Source: an uncultured Oscillochloris sp. (GTDB lineage Bacteria > Chloroflexota > Chloroflexia > Chloroflexales > Chloroflexaceae). From it: a stretch of 64,000 bases of DNA. Below the pieces are notes generated by a model. That model searched no databases, had not been told where the DNA came from, and saw only the letters and a list, made by a program, of their open reading frames with translations. The DNA lies in the NCBI GenBank assembly GCA_964555675.1, contig CAZKTU010000006.1:993-64992 (forward strand), read 5' to 3'. Positions 18,251-26,487 of the stretch are shown piece by piece. Position numbers and translations under genes: made by a program. Each line of letters starts with the position of its first letter. The stretch's first letter is position 1.

Positions 18251-19207
18251 TTATACGTGATCCGCTACGCTCGTCGCCAGCACCCGCGTCGCCCCCGCCC
18301 CCCGCAGCGCCTCTTCGACCGCAGGGCGGGTCTCGTCGCTGACCAGGGCCAGCATGACCCCGCCCCAGCCCGCGCCCGAGAGCTTGGCCCCCAGGGCCCC
18401 GGCCCGCCGCGCCGCGCTCACCAGCCGCTCGAGGTCGGGCGACGAGACGCCCATGTGCTCGAGCAGGGTCTGATTGGCGTCGAGCAAATGCCCCAGCACC
18501 GTCGGCACACCCGCGGCCAGGGCCGCCCGCGCCCGCACGACCAGGTCGCCCACGGCGTCGAACAGCCCCTCGTACTGCTCTGGATCTGCCTGCCAGGCCT
18601 CGCGCACGGCCCCCACCGGCAGCCGCGTCGCGCTGCGCACGCCCGTATCGCCCACCACCAGAGTGAGCGGCGCGCCGATCATGATCGGCTCGATCGTCGG
18701 GGGCCGGGGCGGGCCGTCGGCGGGGGCCCTGACGTACCAGACCGCCCGCTCGTGAGCCACGACCGTATTGTCGATCCCGCTCGGCGTGCCGTGGAAGCGG
18801 CGCTCGCTGGCGTAGACCAGCTCGGCCACCTCGGGCGGCGCCAGGCTCGCGCCGGCGTAGGCCGCCAGGGCCCGCACCAGGGCCGTGCCGATGGCGGCGC
18901 CGCTGCCCATACCGCTGGCGATCGGGATGGCCGAGCCCAGGGTGATCTCGAGGTCGGCGTTCGCCAGCCCGAGGCGGTCGGCCACCGTCAGAGCCAGCTC
19001 GCTCAGGGGATTGTCGGGCGTCGTGGCCGCCACCCAGGCCTCGCCGAGGTCGGGCGCGAGCAGACGCAGGCCCGCGCCGGGCGCCCCGTGGGACACCTCG
19101 GCGCGGGCCCTGAGGTCGCTCAGCGGCACCGCGATCGCCGGCCGCCCGTACACGACCGCGTGCTCGCCGAACAAGATAAGCTTCGCTGGTGCCGTCGCCG
19201 TCGCCAT
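18251..19207 (-). CDS. mvk: Mevalonate kinase (GHMP kinase)
   Basis: KLILFGEHAVVYGRPAIAVPL, GMGSGAA, HGTPSGIDN and KLSGAGWGG motifs. Confidence 0.85.
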   Translation of the reverse strand: MATATAPAKLILFGEHAVVYGRPAIAVPLSDLRARAEVSHGAPGAGLRLLAPDLGEAWVAATTPDNPLSELALTVADRLGLANADLEITLGSAIPIASGMGSGAAIGTALVRALAAYAGASLAPPEVAELVYASERRFHGTPSGIDNTVVAHERAVWYVRAPADGPPRPPTIEPIMIGAPLTLVVGDTGVRSATRLPVGAVREAWQADPEQYEGLFDAVGDLVVRARAALAAGVPTVLGHLLDANQTLLEHMGVSSPDLERLVSAARRAGALGAKLSGAGWGGVMLALVSDETRPAVEEALRGAGATRVLATSVADHV

Positions 19208-19251
19208 GGGCCCATTCTAGCACAGGCCGCCCCGGCACCAGTCAAGCCTCC

Positions 19252-21438
19252 CTACTTGACCTTGCAGACGAAGCGGTAGGTCCCGTTCGGCAGGGCGATC
19301 CGCTCGACCACAGCGGTGGCGCCGCTCGGGCCGTAGTTGGGGCCGATGTGGTAGGGCCGCATCATCTCGTTGTCCTCGTGCTCGACGATGTGGCAGTGCC
19401 AGACGAAACGGCCCGGGTTCGTGAACTGCATGCGCACCCTGGTCACCTGGCCCGGGTAGGCGATCACCGTGTCCTTCCAGCCGGCCTCCCAGGCCTCGGG
19501 CCCCGTCGGCGTGCCGGCGAGTTGGGCCGGCTCGATCACCACGGCCTCGCCGTCCACATCCTCAGTCGCCAGAGGCTGGCGGTTAATCACCTGGAAGAGC
19601 ACCTCGTGGATGTGCATGGGGTGGGCGTCGGCGGTGAAGTTGTAGAACTCCCACTCCTCCACCGTGCCGACGGCCGGGTTCTCGCTGATCGGCTCGTCCC
19701 ACATCAGCGGGATCTTGTTGAAGCCCGCGTCGAAGGTGCCCAGAGCCGCCTCGACCGGGGCGTCGATCGTCGCCGTCGAGTCGTTGGGGTCGGGCGTCAT
19801 CGACATCATCTCAATCAGGGCCAGGGGCCGCACCCCGCTCGGGGCCGGCAGGGCGTTGACCTTCGGGCCGCGCAGGTACTGGGGCGGGGTGGTCTCGTCC
19901 TTGTCGTTGTCTTTGGGCTTGACAACCTTGAACTGCAGCACCCTGCCCGTGGTCTCGGGGTTGGCGCTCGCGAAGTCGACCCCGGGCACGCCGCCGCCGA
20001 AGGGCTCGTCGGGGCCGACGTTGAGCAGCTCGACCACGGCCCCGGGCTTGAGGCCGGCGAAGTCGACGATCACGTCGAGGCGCTCGGCCGGCGACATCAG
20101 CAGCTCGCTCAGCTCGACCGGCTGCGGGATAAAGCCGCCCTCGTTGCCGATCACCCAGAACTTCATGCCGGCCTGGCTGAGGCGCAGGATCAGGAAGCGC
20201 GAGTTGCAGCCGTTGAGGATGCGCAGGCGATAGCGGCGCGGCTCGACCTCGAGGAAGGGCCAGGTCTTGCCGTTGACCAGCATGGTATCGCCGAAGAACT
20301 CGGGGTTCCAGAACGGCGCAATGTCGCTGTCGGGAATGTAGGTGTTCCAGCCCTCGGGCATATCGCCGAAGTAGGCCCTGCTGTCGGGGTAGAAGAGCGA
20401 GCCGTCGGCGTTGAACGAGCGGTCCTGGATGGCCAGCGGGATCTCGCGGTAGGCCTTGCCGGGCCTGTCGCCCAGTTGCGGGGCCGGGCCGGGCAGCTTG
20501 GCCTCGTCGCCCTTGCGCTTGTCGAAGAGCCGGTCGTCGTCGCCGCCGCGCAGCATATAGAAGCCGGCGGGCCCGGCGTAGACGTTTAGCCGGGTCATGC
20601 CCAGGGTGTGGTCGTGGAACCAGAGGGCCGAGGCTCGCTGGGTGTTCGGGTACTGGAAGGTGGCGCTCCCCTTTGCCCAGACATCAGAGCTGTGGCCCAC
20701 GCGGCGCTCGCCGGCAAACTTCTCCTTGAAGAATTTGTACCAGGTGCCGTCGCTGGCGTAGCCTCGATAGGCGCCCGTCAGCTTGACGTCGGGCAGGAAC
20801 CAGGCCTCGGCGTAGCCGTCGCTCTCGTCGCCGACATCCTTTGCGCCGTGGAGGTGGGCCACGAAGGGCACCGGGCCTACGTAGCGCTCGACCACTGTGC
20901 CCGGGGCGAAGGTCGGCTCGAAGTCTTTCGGCCCGTTGCCGTAGCGCGGGTCGCTGCCCTGGGCCGGGTTGGCCCAGTGTAGAGTCGGGTCGACCGGCAG
21001 CAGGTGCGGCAGGAAGTTGCCCTTGCCGTCCTTCAGGTCGTTGACCCACTTGATGCGCACCGGCCGCTCGGTGCGGGCCTCGATGGTGAGCGACGGGAAG
21101 TTCAAGGTGCCGCCCTCGGCCACCGGCCGCGGGTCGACCAGCGAGCCAAAGCCCCAGACCGTGGTGGCCGGCAGGCCGGCCGGCAGCACCTGCTGCGTGA
21201 ACTGGCGCACCGCGATCTCGTAGTAGTCGATCGCGCGCCCCCGCCGCGAGCGCAGCCGCCCCGAGCGGGGCATGGCGGGCGGGATCACCAGGGGCGTCAC
21301 ATACTTCGCCACTGTGGTCGGGTCGAGGGCCGCTTGCTTCAGGGTCGCCGAGAAGACCTTCGTCACGTTGCCCCGCTGCGTGGTGAGCAAGAGGGCGCTT
21401 CCGGCCAGGCCGAGTTTGAGGAACGTCCGACGTTTCAT
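19252..21438 (-). CDS. Tat-exported multicopper oxidase (CotA/bilirubin-oxidase-like)
   Basis: Start MKRRTFLKLGLAG (twin-arginine) with GGGGGAG 4 nt upstream. Copper motifs HLHG, WFHDHT, HPMHIHE and HCHIVEHEDNEMM. Confidence 0.88.
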   Translation of the reverse strand: MKRRTFLKLGLAGSALLLTTQRGNVTKVFSATLKQAALDPTTVAKYVTPLVIPPAMPRSGRLRSRRGRAIDYYEIAVRQFTQQVLPAGLPATTVWGFGSLVDPRPVAEGGTLNFPSLTIEARTERPVRIKWVNDLKDGKGNFLPHLLPVDPTLHWANPAQGSDPRYGNGPKDFEPTFAPGTVVERYVGPVPFVAHLHGAKDVGDESDGYAEAWFLPDVKLTGAYRGYASDGTWYKFFKEKFAGERRVGHSSDVWAKGSATFQYPNTQRASALWFHDHTLGMTRLNVYAGPAGFYMLRGGDDDRLFDKRKGDEAKLPGPAPQLGDRPGKAYREIPLAIQDRSFNADGSLFYPDSRAYFGDMPEGWNTYIPDSDIAPFWNPEFFGDTMLVNGKTWPFLEVEPRRYRLRILNGCNSRFLILRLSQAGMKFWVIGNEGGFIPQPVELSELLMSPAERLDVIVDFAGLKPGAVVELLNVGPDEPFGGGVPGVDFASANPETTGRVLQFKVVKPKDNDKDETTPPQYLRGPKVNALPAPSGVRPLALIEMMSMTPDPNDSTATIDAPVEAALGTFDAGFNKIPLMWDEPISENPAVGTVEEWEFYNFTADAHPMHIHEVLFQVINRQPLATEDVDGEAVVIEPAQLAGTPTGPEAWEAGWKDTVIAYPGQVTRVRMQFTNPGRFVWHCHIVEHEDNEMMRPYHIGPNYGPSGATAVVERIALPNGTYRFVCKVK

Positions 21439-21803
21439 TACACTCCCCCCGTTATGAGTTGCCAGGGCAGGGGCTGAGCAGCACGACAAAATACCCGCCG
21501 GATCGCCTGTATCTGGTGCGATCGGCAGGTAGAGTGGTGTGTCGTGATGCGCCTGCCCGGACGCCCGCCCTCACCACAGAGTCTGTATCCACGACGCCGT
21601 CAGTCTCCCCAACTGCCGGCGCCGCATCCTGGTTCAGCCTGTGATTTGTTTGGGTGTCGTAGCAGTAGTATAAAGAGCAATGGGCCGGTAAAAGTTAAGG
21701 CTGTTCAATAAGAAATTAGATCATGTGCACATAGTATATATAAATCCAGTGGCAATGCTTTTGCGTTTCGTTTTGCACACAGAATATTCGGCGCATGGGT
21801 TTG

Positions 21804-21856
21804 TTTCTTGGAATATCCTTGGAGAAAAACATCTATTCCAAGGATATTCCAAGAAA
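21804..21856. repeat. Perfect 20-bp inverted repeat with 13-nt loop in an AT-rich island; probable guaA terminator
   Basis: TTTCTTGGAATATCCTTGGA-gaaaaacatctat-TCCAAGGATATTCCAAGAAA. On the minus strand it starts about 10 nt after the guaA stop. Confidence 0.6.
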
Positions 21857-21866
21857 TTATCGCGGG

Positions 21867-23435
21867 TTATTCCCACTCGATCGTCGCCGGTGGCTTCGAC
21901 GAGAGGTCATAGACGACGCGGTTCACCCCGCTGACCTCGTTGACGATGCGGCTGCTGACCCTGGCCAGCAGATCATAGGGCAGACGCGCCCAGTCGGCGG
22001 TCATGTAGTCTTCGGTCGTCACCGCCCGCAGGGCGATTGTATCGGCGTAGGTGCGCCCGTCGCCCATGACTCCGACGCTCTGCACCGGCAGCAGCACGGC
22101 GAAGGCCTGCTGGGTGGAGCGGTACAGCCCCGCCGCCCGTAGCTCGGCCATGAAGATCGCGTCGGCGCGCCGCAGGGTCTCGAGGCGCTCGAAGCTGACC
22201 GGGCCGATCAGGCGTACGGCCAGCCCCGGGCCGGGGAAGGGATGGCGCCAGACCCAGTCCTCGGGCAGCCCAAGCTCGAGGCCGGCGGCCCGCACTTCGT
22301 CCTTGAACATGTAGCGCAGCGGCTCGACCAGCTCCATCTGCATGTCGGCCGGCAGCCCGCCCACATTATGGTGGGTCTTGATCGTCACGCCCTTCTTGCG
22401 ATCCGGCGCGCTCGACTCGATCACGTCGGGGTAGAGCGTGCCCTGGGCAAGGAACTTCGCATCGCCCAGACCGCGGGCCTCGCGCTCGAAGATGCGGATG
22501 AACTTCTCGCCGATGATCTTGCGCTTGCGCTCGGGGTCGGCCACGCCCTCCAGGGCGGCGAGAAACTCTTCGCGCGCGTCGACGGCCACCAGGGGCACCT
22601 GGAAGTGCTCGCGGAAGGTGGCGACCACCTGCTCGGCCTCGCCCAGCCGCAGCAGGCCGTTGTCGACGAAGACACAGCTCAGGCGCTCGCCGATCGCCTT
22701 GTGGATGATCAGGGCGGCAACGGCCGAGTCGACCCCGCCCGAGAGGGCGCAGATCACGCGCCCCTCGGTCCCGACCCGCTCGCGCACCCGCTCGACGGCC
22801 TCGGCCACGAACTCGGCGGGCCGCCACTCGGCCGCCGCGCCGCAGATCTTGAAGAGGAAGTTGCCCAGGATGGCCCGCCCGTAGGTCGTGTGGGCCACCT
22901 CGGGGTGGAACTGCACCCCGTACCAGCGCCGCGCGTCGTCGCCCATGGCCGCGAAGGGCGTGGCGGGGTTGGCCGCCAGCGAGGTGAAGCCCGGCGGCAT
23001 GGCCTCGATGCGGTCGCCATGGCTCATCCAGACCGGCTGGCTCGCGGGTGTCTCGGCGAAGAGCGGGTGGGCCTCGCTCTGGCCGTTCGCTTCGCCGCCG
23101 CGCAGGGTTATCTCGGCCGGGCCGTACTCGCGGCTGTCGGGGCGCAGCACTTCTCCGCCAAGCGCGTAGCTCATCAGCTGCATGCCGTAGCAGATCCCCA
23201 GGGTGGGCAGCCCCGCGTTCGGCAGCCACGCCGGCATCTGGGGCGCCCCCTCTTCGTAGACGCTGGCGGGGCCGCCCGAGAGGATCACGCCGACCGGGTT
23301 GAGGGCCCGCACCTGCGCCTCGGGCGCGTCGTGGGGCAGCAGCTCGCTGTAGACCCCTAGCTCGCGCAGGCGGCGCACGATCAGCTGGGCGGTCTGCGAG
23401 CCGAAGTCGAGCACCGGCACACTGTGGGCAGACAT
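21867..23435 (-). CDS. guaA: GMP synthase (glutamine-hydrolysing)
   Basis: GATase domain (GICYGMQ), PP-loop ALSGGVDS, C-terminal ...[10 protein letters not shown] prefer the start at [14 protein letters not shown]. Confidence 0.95.
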   Translation of the reverse strand: MSAHSVPVLDFGSQTAQLIVRRLRELGVYSELLPHDAPEAQVRALNPVGVILSGGPASVYEEGAPQMPAWLPNAGLPTLGICYGMQLMSYALGGEVLRPDSREYGPAEITLRGGEANGQSEAHPLFAETPASQPVWMSHGDRIEAMPPGFTSLAANPATPFAAMGDDARRWYGVQFHPEVAHTTYGRAILGNFLFKICGAAAEWRPAEFVAEAVERVRERVGTEGRVICALSGGVDSAVAALIIHKAIGERLSCVFVDNGLLRLGEAEQVVATFREHFQVPLVAVDAREEFLAALEGVADPERKRKIIGEKFIRIFEREARGLGDAKFLAQGTLYPDVIESSAPDRKKGVTIKTHHNVGGLPADMQMELVEPLRYMFKDEVRAAGLELGLPEDWVWRHPFPGPGLAVRLIGPVSFERLETLRRADAIFMAELRAAGLYRSTQQAFAVLLPVQSVGVMGDGRTYADTIALRAVTTEDYMTADWARLPYDLLARVSSRIVNEVSGVNRVVYDLSSKPPATIEWE

Positions 23436-23514
23436 CGGATCCCCCTGGTTACACGAAGGGCGCAGCCGACGCTGCGCCCTCACATGCTACACCAAAATTG
23501 GGGGGCCGCCGACG

Positions 23515-23886
23515 CTACCCGGTCGGCACCAGGCGCAGCCGTGGCGCGCTGAAGCTTAGCACCCGCTCGGCCTGATGATCCGTGCCGCCAAAGTCGGGGG
23601 TGAGCACCACCGAGTTGTCGCCGCCGTAGGCGTTCGGCTCGTAGCGGTCGGCCTGCCAGTCGTTGTGCCACTCGCTCCCGTCGAAGAGATAGCGGTACTG
23701 ATAGGCCTTGCCGGGCTCGAGCTCGAGGGTCGCCATCCAGCCGCGCTCGGTCTGCCGCAGGGGCGTGGCCCGCTCGTCCCAGTCGTTGAAGTCGCCCACC
23801 ACATAGATCGTATCGGCCCAGACGGCTGCGGGCATGGCGAATGTGACGCGAACTTTGCCGTTGGGCCCGGGGCGTTTCGTAATCAT
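23515..23886 (-). CDS. Stand-alone CBM48 / AMPK-beta glycogen-binding-like (isoamylase N-terminal early-set) domain protein
   Basis: Start MITKRPG with AAGGAG 7 nt upstream. VRVTFAMPA..ADTIYVVGDFNDWD...W.ATLELEPGKAYQYRYLFDG.W.ND is characteristic of CBM48/E-set domains. Confidence 0.7.
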   Translation of the reverse strand: MITKRPGPNGKVRVTFAMPAAVWADTIYVVGDFNDWDERATPLRQTERGWMATLELEPGKAYQYRYLFDGSEWHNDWQADRYEPNAYGGDNSVVLTPDFGGTDHQAERVLSFSAPRLRLVPTG

Positions 23887-23982
23887 CGCGCTACTCCTTT
23901 GTTGCGCGGCGTCGACCCCGTTGTCTCCGCCTTCGGCGAGATTATAGCATGGCGCCCCCGCCAAACCCAGTGAGAAGATTCT

Positions 23983-26487
23983 CTAGTGCAATTTAAATAT
24001 TGTCACCTCATCCTGCTCGAAGACCGGATCGCCCAGGGCGCCGAACTTGGCCAGGGCCTCGGGCCCGTAGAGGTTGCGCTCGAGCCCGCCCACATAGACA
24101 TAGTCTACGCCGTACTTGTTCAGCAGCTCGCGGGCCTGGCCCGCGTCGGCCCCGCGGAAGATCGCGTCGACGTCGGCGCAGCGCGGCGCCAGCTCGGCGC
24201 GGGCCGTCGGGTCGCCGCCGCGCCACTGCTCCTGGTGGCCCTTCCAGCCCAGCACCGTGGGCAGCCCTGTGGCCGCCGCGACCCCGGCGAAGCCCTCGCC
24301 GTTATAGCTCCCGCCGCACTGTGGCGCGACGCCCTGGCTCGCCACGTCGGCCGCGTTCAGCACGGCCACGGCCTCGAGCACCACGCTGCCGGGGGTGGCC
24401 CGCTCGCGCAGCCACTGGATCGAGGCCTCGCCGGCCGCCGTCAGCTCGCGCGGGGTGCGCCCGTCGAGCCCGACCGCCTCGCCGCGCCCCAGCTCGCCCA
24501 GGGCCAGCCAGGGGTAGACCAGGGCGCCCGCGAGCAGGGCCGCGCTCACCCCCGCCGCGCCCCAGGCCACCGGCCGCAGCCGCCCGGCCGCGTAGCGCAG
24601 GCACCACCAGAGGGCGAAGGGTGCGAGCGTGCCCCACAGGAGCCAGACCTGGTAGTAGAACTTGAAGATCGTGTTCATGCGATTGCTGAACACGTCCCTG
24701 ATGAAGATCAGCTCGGTGCCGAACAGGATGGCGCAGCCGAGGGCCACGACCAGCAGCGCGAAGCACTCGCCCGGCCTGTGGGCGAGCCGCAGCGCCCGCT
24801 CGAGCGCCAGCAGCCCCACCCCCACCAGCATCAGCAGCGGGAAGCCCGCAAACAGGCCCACCAGCAGCAGCAGCGGGGGCAGCCAGACCAGGCCGGTGAA
24901 CGACGACGCGAGACCAGGCTCAGACGAGCGCGGCCGCGCCACGCTCCCCGCCGTCGGGTCTGGCTCAGGCGCCGGCCCCTGGCCCGCCAGATACACAAAG
25001 GCCAGGATCGGCACGAAGAAGAGCCCGAAGATGATCAAGAAGGCGTGGAGCTCGCTGCGCCCGTCGAGATAGGGGGCGATGATGCTCGTGAGCCGTCCGA
25101 TGATCGGCAGGTCGATCAGCGGCGCGGCCCCGCCCACCAGCGAGCGGAAGGTCAGGTGGAAGGGCAGAAAGAGCAGGTAGGCCGCCGCGACCACCACCAG
25201 CAGCGCCCGGCCCACCGTCAGCCACGGCCGAGCCTGGCCTTCCCGCAGGGTTGCCACGCTCAGGGCTGCGCCGTAGAGCAGCAGGTAAGTCGGCAGGTCC
25301 CAGCTGTTGATCGTGTACAGGCTGCCGATCACCAGCCCCGCCAGGATCAGCTCGGCTATCCCTTGCCGCCCCTGCCCCGCCGGCTCGCGGCGCGCCAGGG
25401 CCGCCAGGGCCGCCGCCGCGGCCAGGAGGCCGAAGGGCAGGGCCATCACATGCGGGTGCATGTCGCCGAGCCTGAAGCTGAACAGGGGGAACTCGGTGAT
25501 ATTGTAGCGCCGCTGGCTCGCGTCCCCGGCGTACTCGTCCCACAGCGAGCGCGATGGCCACCACCAGTTGAAGGCGGCGGCCTTGTCCTGCCGCTGCCAG
25601 CCGTCGAACTCGCCGAAGTCCTGGGCCACGGCCGGGTAGGGCAGGCTGATCGTCTCGGCGCCGCCCGCCGCCTGGCCCGCCGCCGCGAGCAGCTGACGTC
25701 CGTCGAGGGCCACGACCCGCTCGTCGCCCAGGGCGACCTGCAGGGCCCCCGACTGGTTGCCGGCCACCAGCACGAAGATCACCCCCAGCAAGGGGAAGAG
25801 CACGTAGGCCGCCCGCCCCGCCCGCCCGTCGGCGGCCATACTCATCAGATTGGCGATCGTCCCGGCGATGCCCTGGGCGGTCAGGGCGAAGATCAGGGCC
25901 AGCGAGAGGTTGTAGGCGACGGCGGGGGCCAGGCCGGTCAGCTGGGCCACGGCGGCCATCAGCAGGTAGCCGAAGTAGTAGTAGTTGACGCTGAAGCCGG
26001 CCAGCCAGGGGTCGTTGGGCGGAAAGACCCCCGAGCGCTGGATGGCGTTGAAGAAGGCGAAGTCCATCGGGCGCTCGGTGCCCCAGGGCGTCGGGTCGTG
26101 GGCCCGCATCCACACCACCGCCAGCATGGCCGCGAGGAACAGGCCCTCTGAGGCGAGGATGCTCGGCCGGCGGGCCGCGGCGAAGGCGCGTCCGCGGGCC
26201 ATGGCCTGCCGCAGCCCCCCCGGGCCCGTCAGCCCGCCCTGAGCCCAGAGGCCCAGCCCCGCCACGGCCAGGGCCGAGGCGAGCAGCGACGGCGCGCCGA
26301 AGGGCGCCAGCCCGAACATGGCCAGCAGCCAGGCCAGGTAGCCGGTCAGCAGCAGCCCCAGGGTCTTCGCGTAGGCGTAGCCTCGGTCGGGCAGGGCGCG
26401 CAGCAGCAACGCCGCCAGGGGCAGGCCGGCCAGGCCCAGCAGCTGGGCGGCGAGCCACCACTTGAGGATGTCGAGTGCCATGGACAT
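23983..26487 (-). CDS. DUF2298 / Chlor_Arch_YYY family polytopic membrane protein (single-module class)
   Basis: 834 aa with many TM helices. Motifs GTERPMDFAFFNAIQRS, SVNYYYFGY, ITEFPLFSFRLGDMHPHV, ATGLPTVLGW and YGVDYVYVGGLER. Its start overlaps the upstream stop (TAATG). Confidence 0.85.
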   Translation of the reverse strand: MSMALDILKWWLAAQLLGLAGLPLAALLLRALPDRGYAYAKTLGLLLTGYLAWLLAMFGLAPFGAPSLLASALAVAGLGLWAQGGLTGPGGLRQAMARGRAFAAARRPSILASEGLFLAAMLAVVWMRAHDPTPWGTERPMDFAFFNAIQRSGVFPPNDPWLAGFSVNYYYFGYLLMAAVAQLTGLAPAVAYNLSLALIFALTAQGIAGTIANLMSMAADGRAGRAAYVLFPLLGVIFVLVAGNQSGALQVALGDERVVALDGRQLLAAAGQAAGGAETISLPYPAVAQDFGEFDGWQRQDKAAAFNWWWPSRSLWDEYAGDASQRRYNITEFPLFSFRLGDMHPHVMALPFGLLAAAAALAALARREPAGQGRQGIAELILAGLVIGSLYTINSWDLPTYLLLYGAALSVATLREGQARPWLTVGRALLVVVAAAYLLFLPFHLTFRSLVGGAAPLIDLPIIGRLTSIIAPYLDGRSELHAFLIIFGLFFVPILAFVYLAGQGPAPEPDPTAGSVARPRSSEPGLASSFTGLVWLPPLLLLVGLFAGFPLLMLVGVGLLALERALRLAHRPGECFALLVVALGCAILFGTELIFIRDVFSNRMNTIFKFYYQVWLLWGTLAPFALWWCLRYAAGRLRPVAWGAAGVSAALLAGALVYPWLALGELGRGEAVGLDGRTPRELTAAGEASIQWLRERATPGSVVLEAVAVLNAADVASQGVAPQCGGSYNGEGFAGVAAATGLPTVLGWKGHQEQWRGGDPTARAELAPRCADVDAIFRGADAGQARELLNKYGVDYVYVGGLERNLYGPEALAKFGALGDPVFEQDEVTIFKLH

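Noticed and set aside
21725-21934. 69-aa ORF starting in the AT-rich island (also 21795..22142).
   Set aside because: It runs through the 20-bp hairpin and then antisense into the guaA 3-prime end. It has no SD and an odd composition.
23986-26151. 721-aa plus-strand ORF antisense to the 834-aa DUF2298 gene. A swarm of 400-860-aa ORFs also lies inside 26487..34397, for example 28566..29984, 30039..32027, 29557..32127, 27529..29469 and 32554..33912.
   Set aside because: All overlap the single uninterrupted 2636-aa or 834-aa frames, which carry repeated conserved motifs. The alternative frames encode Arg/Pro/Gly-rich nonsense.
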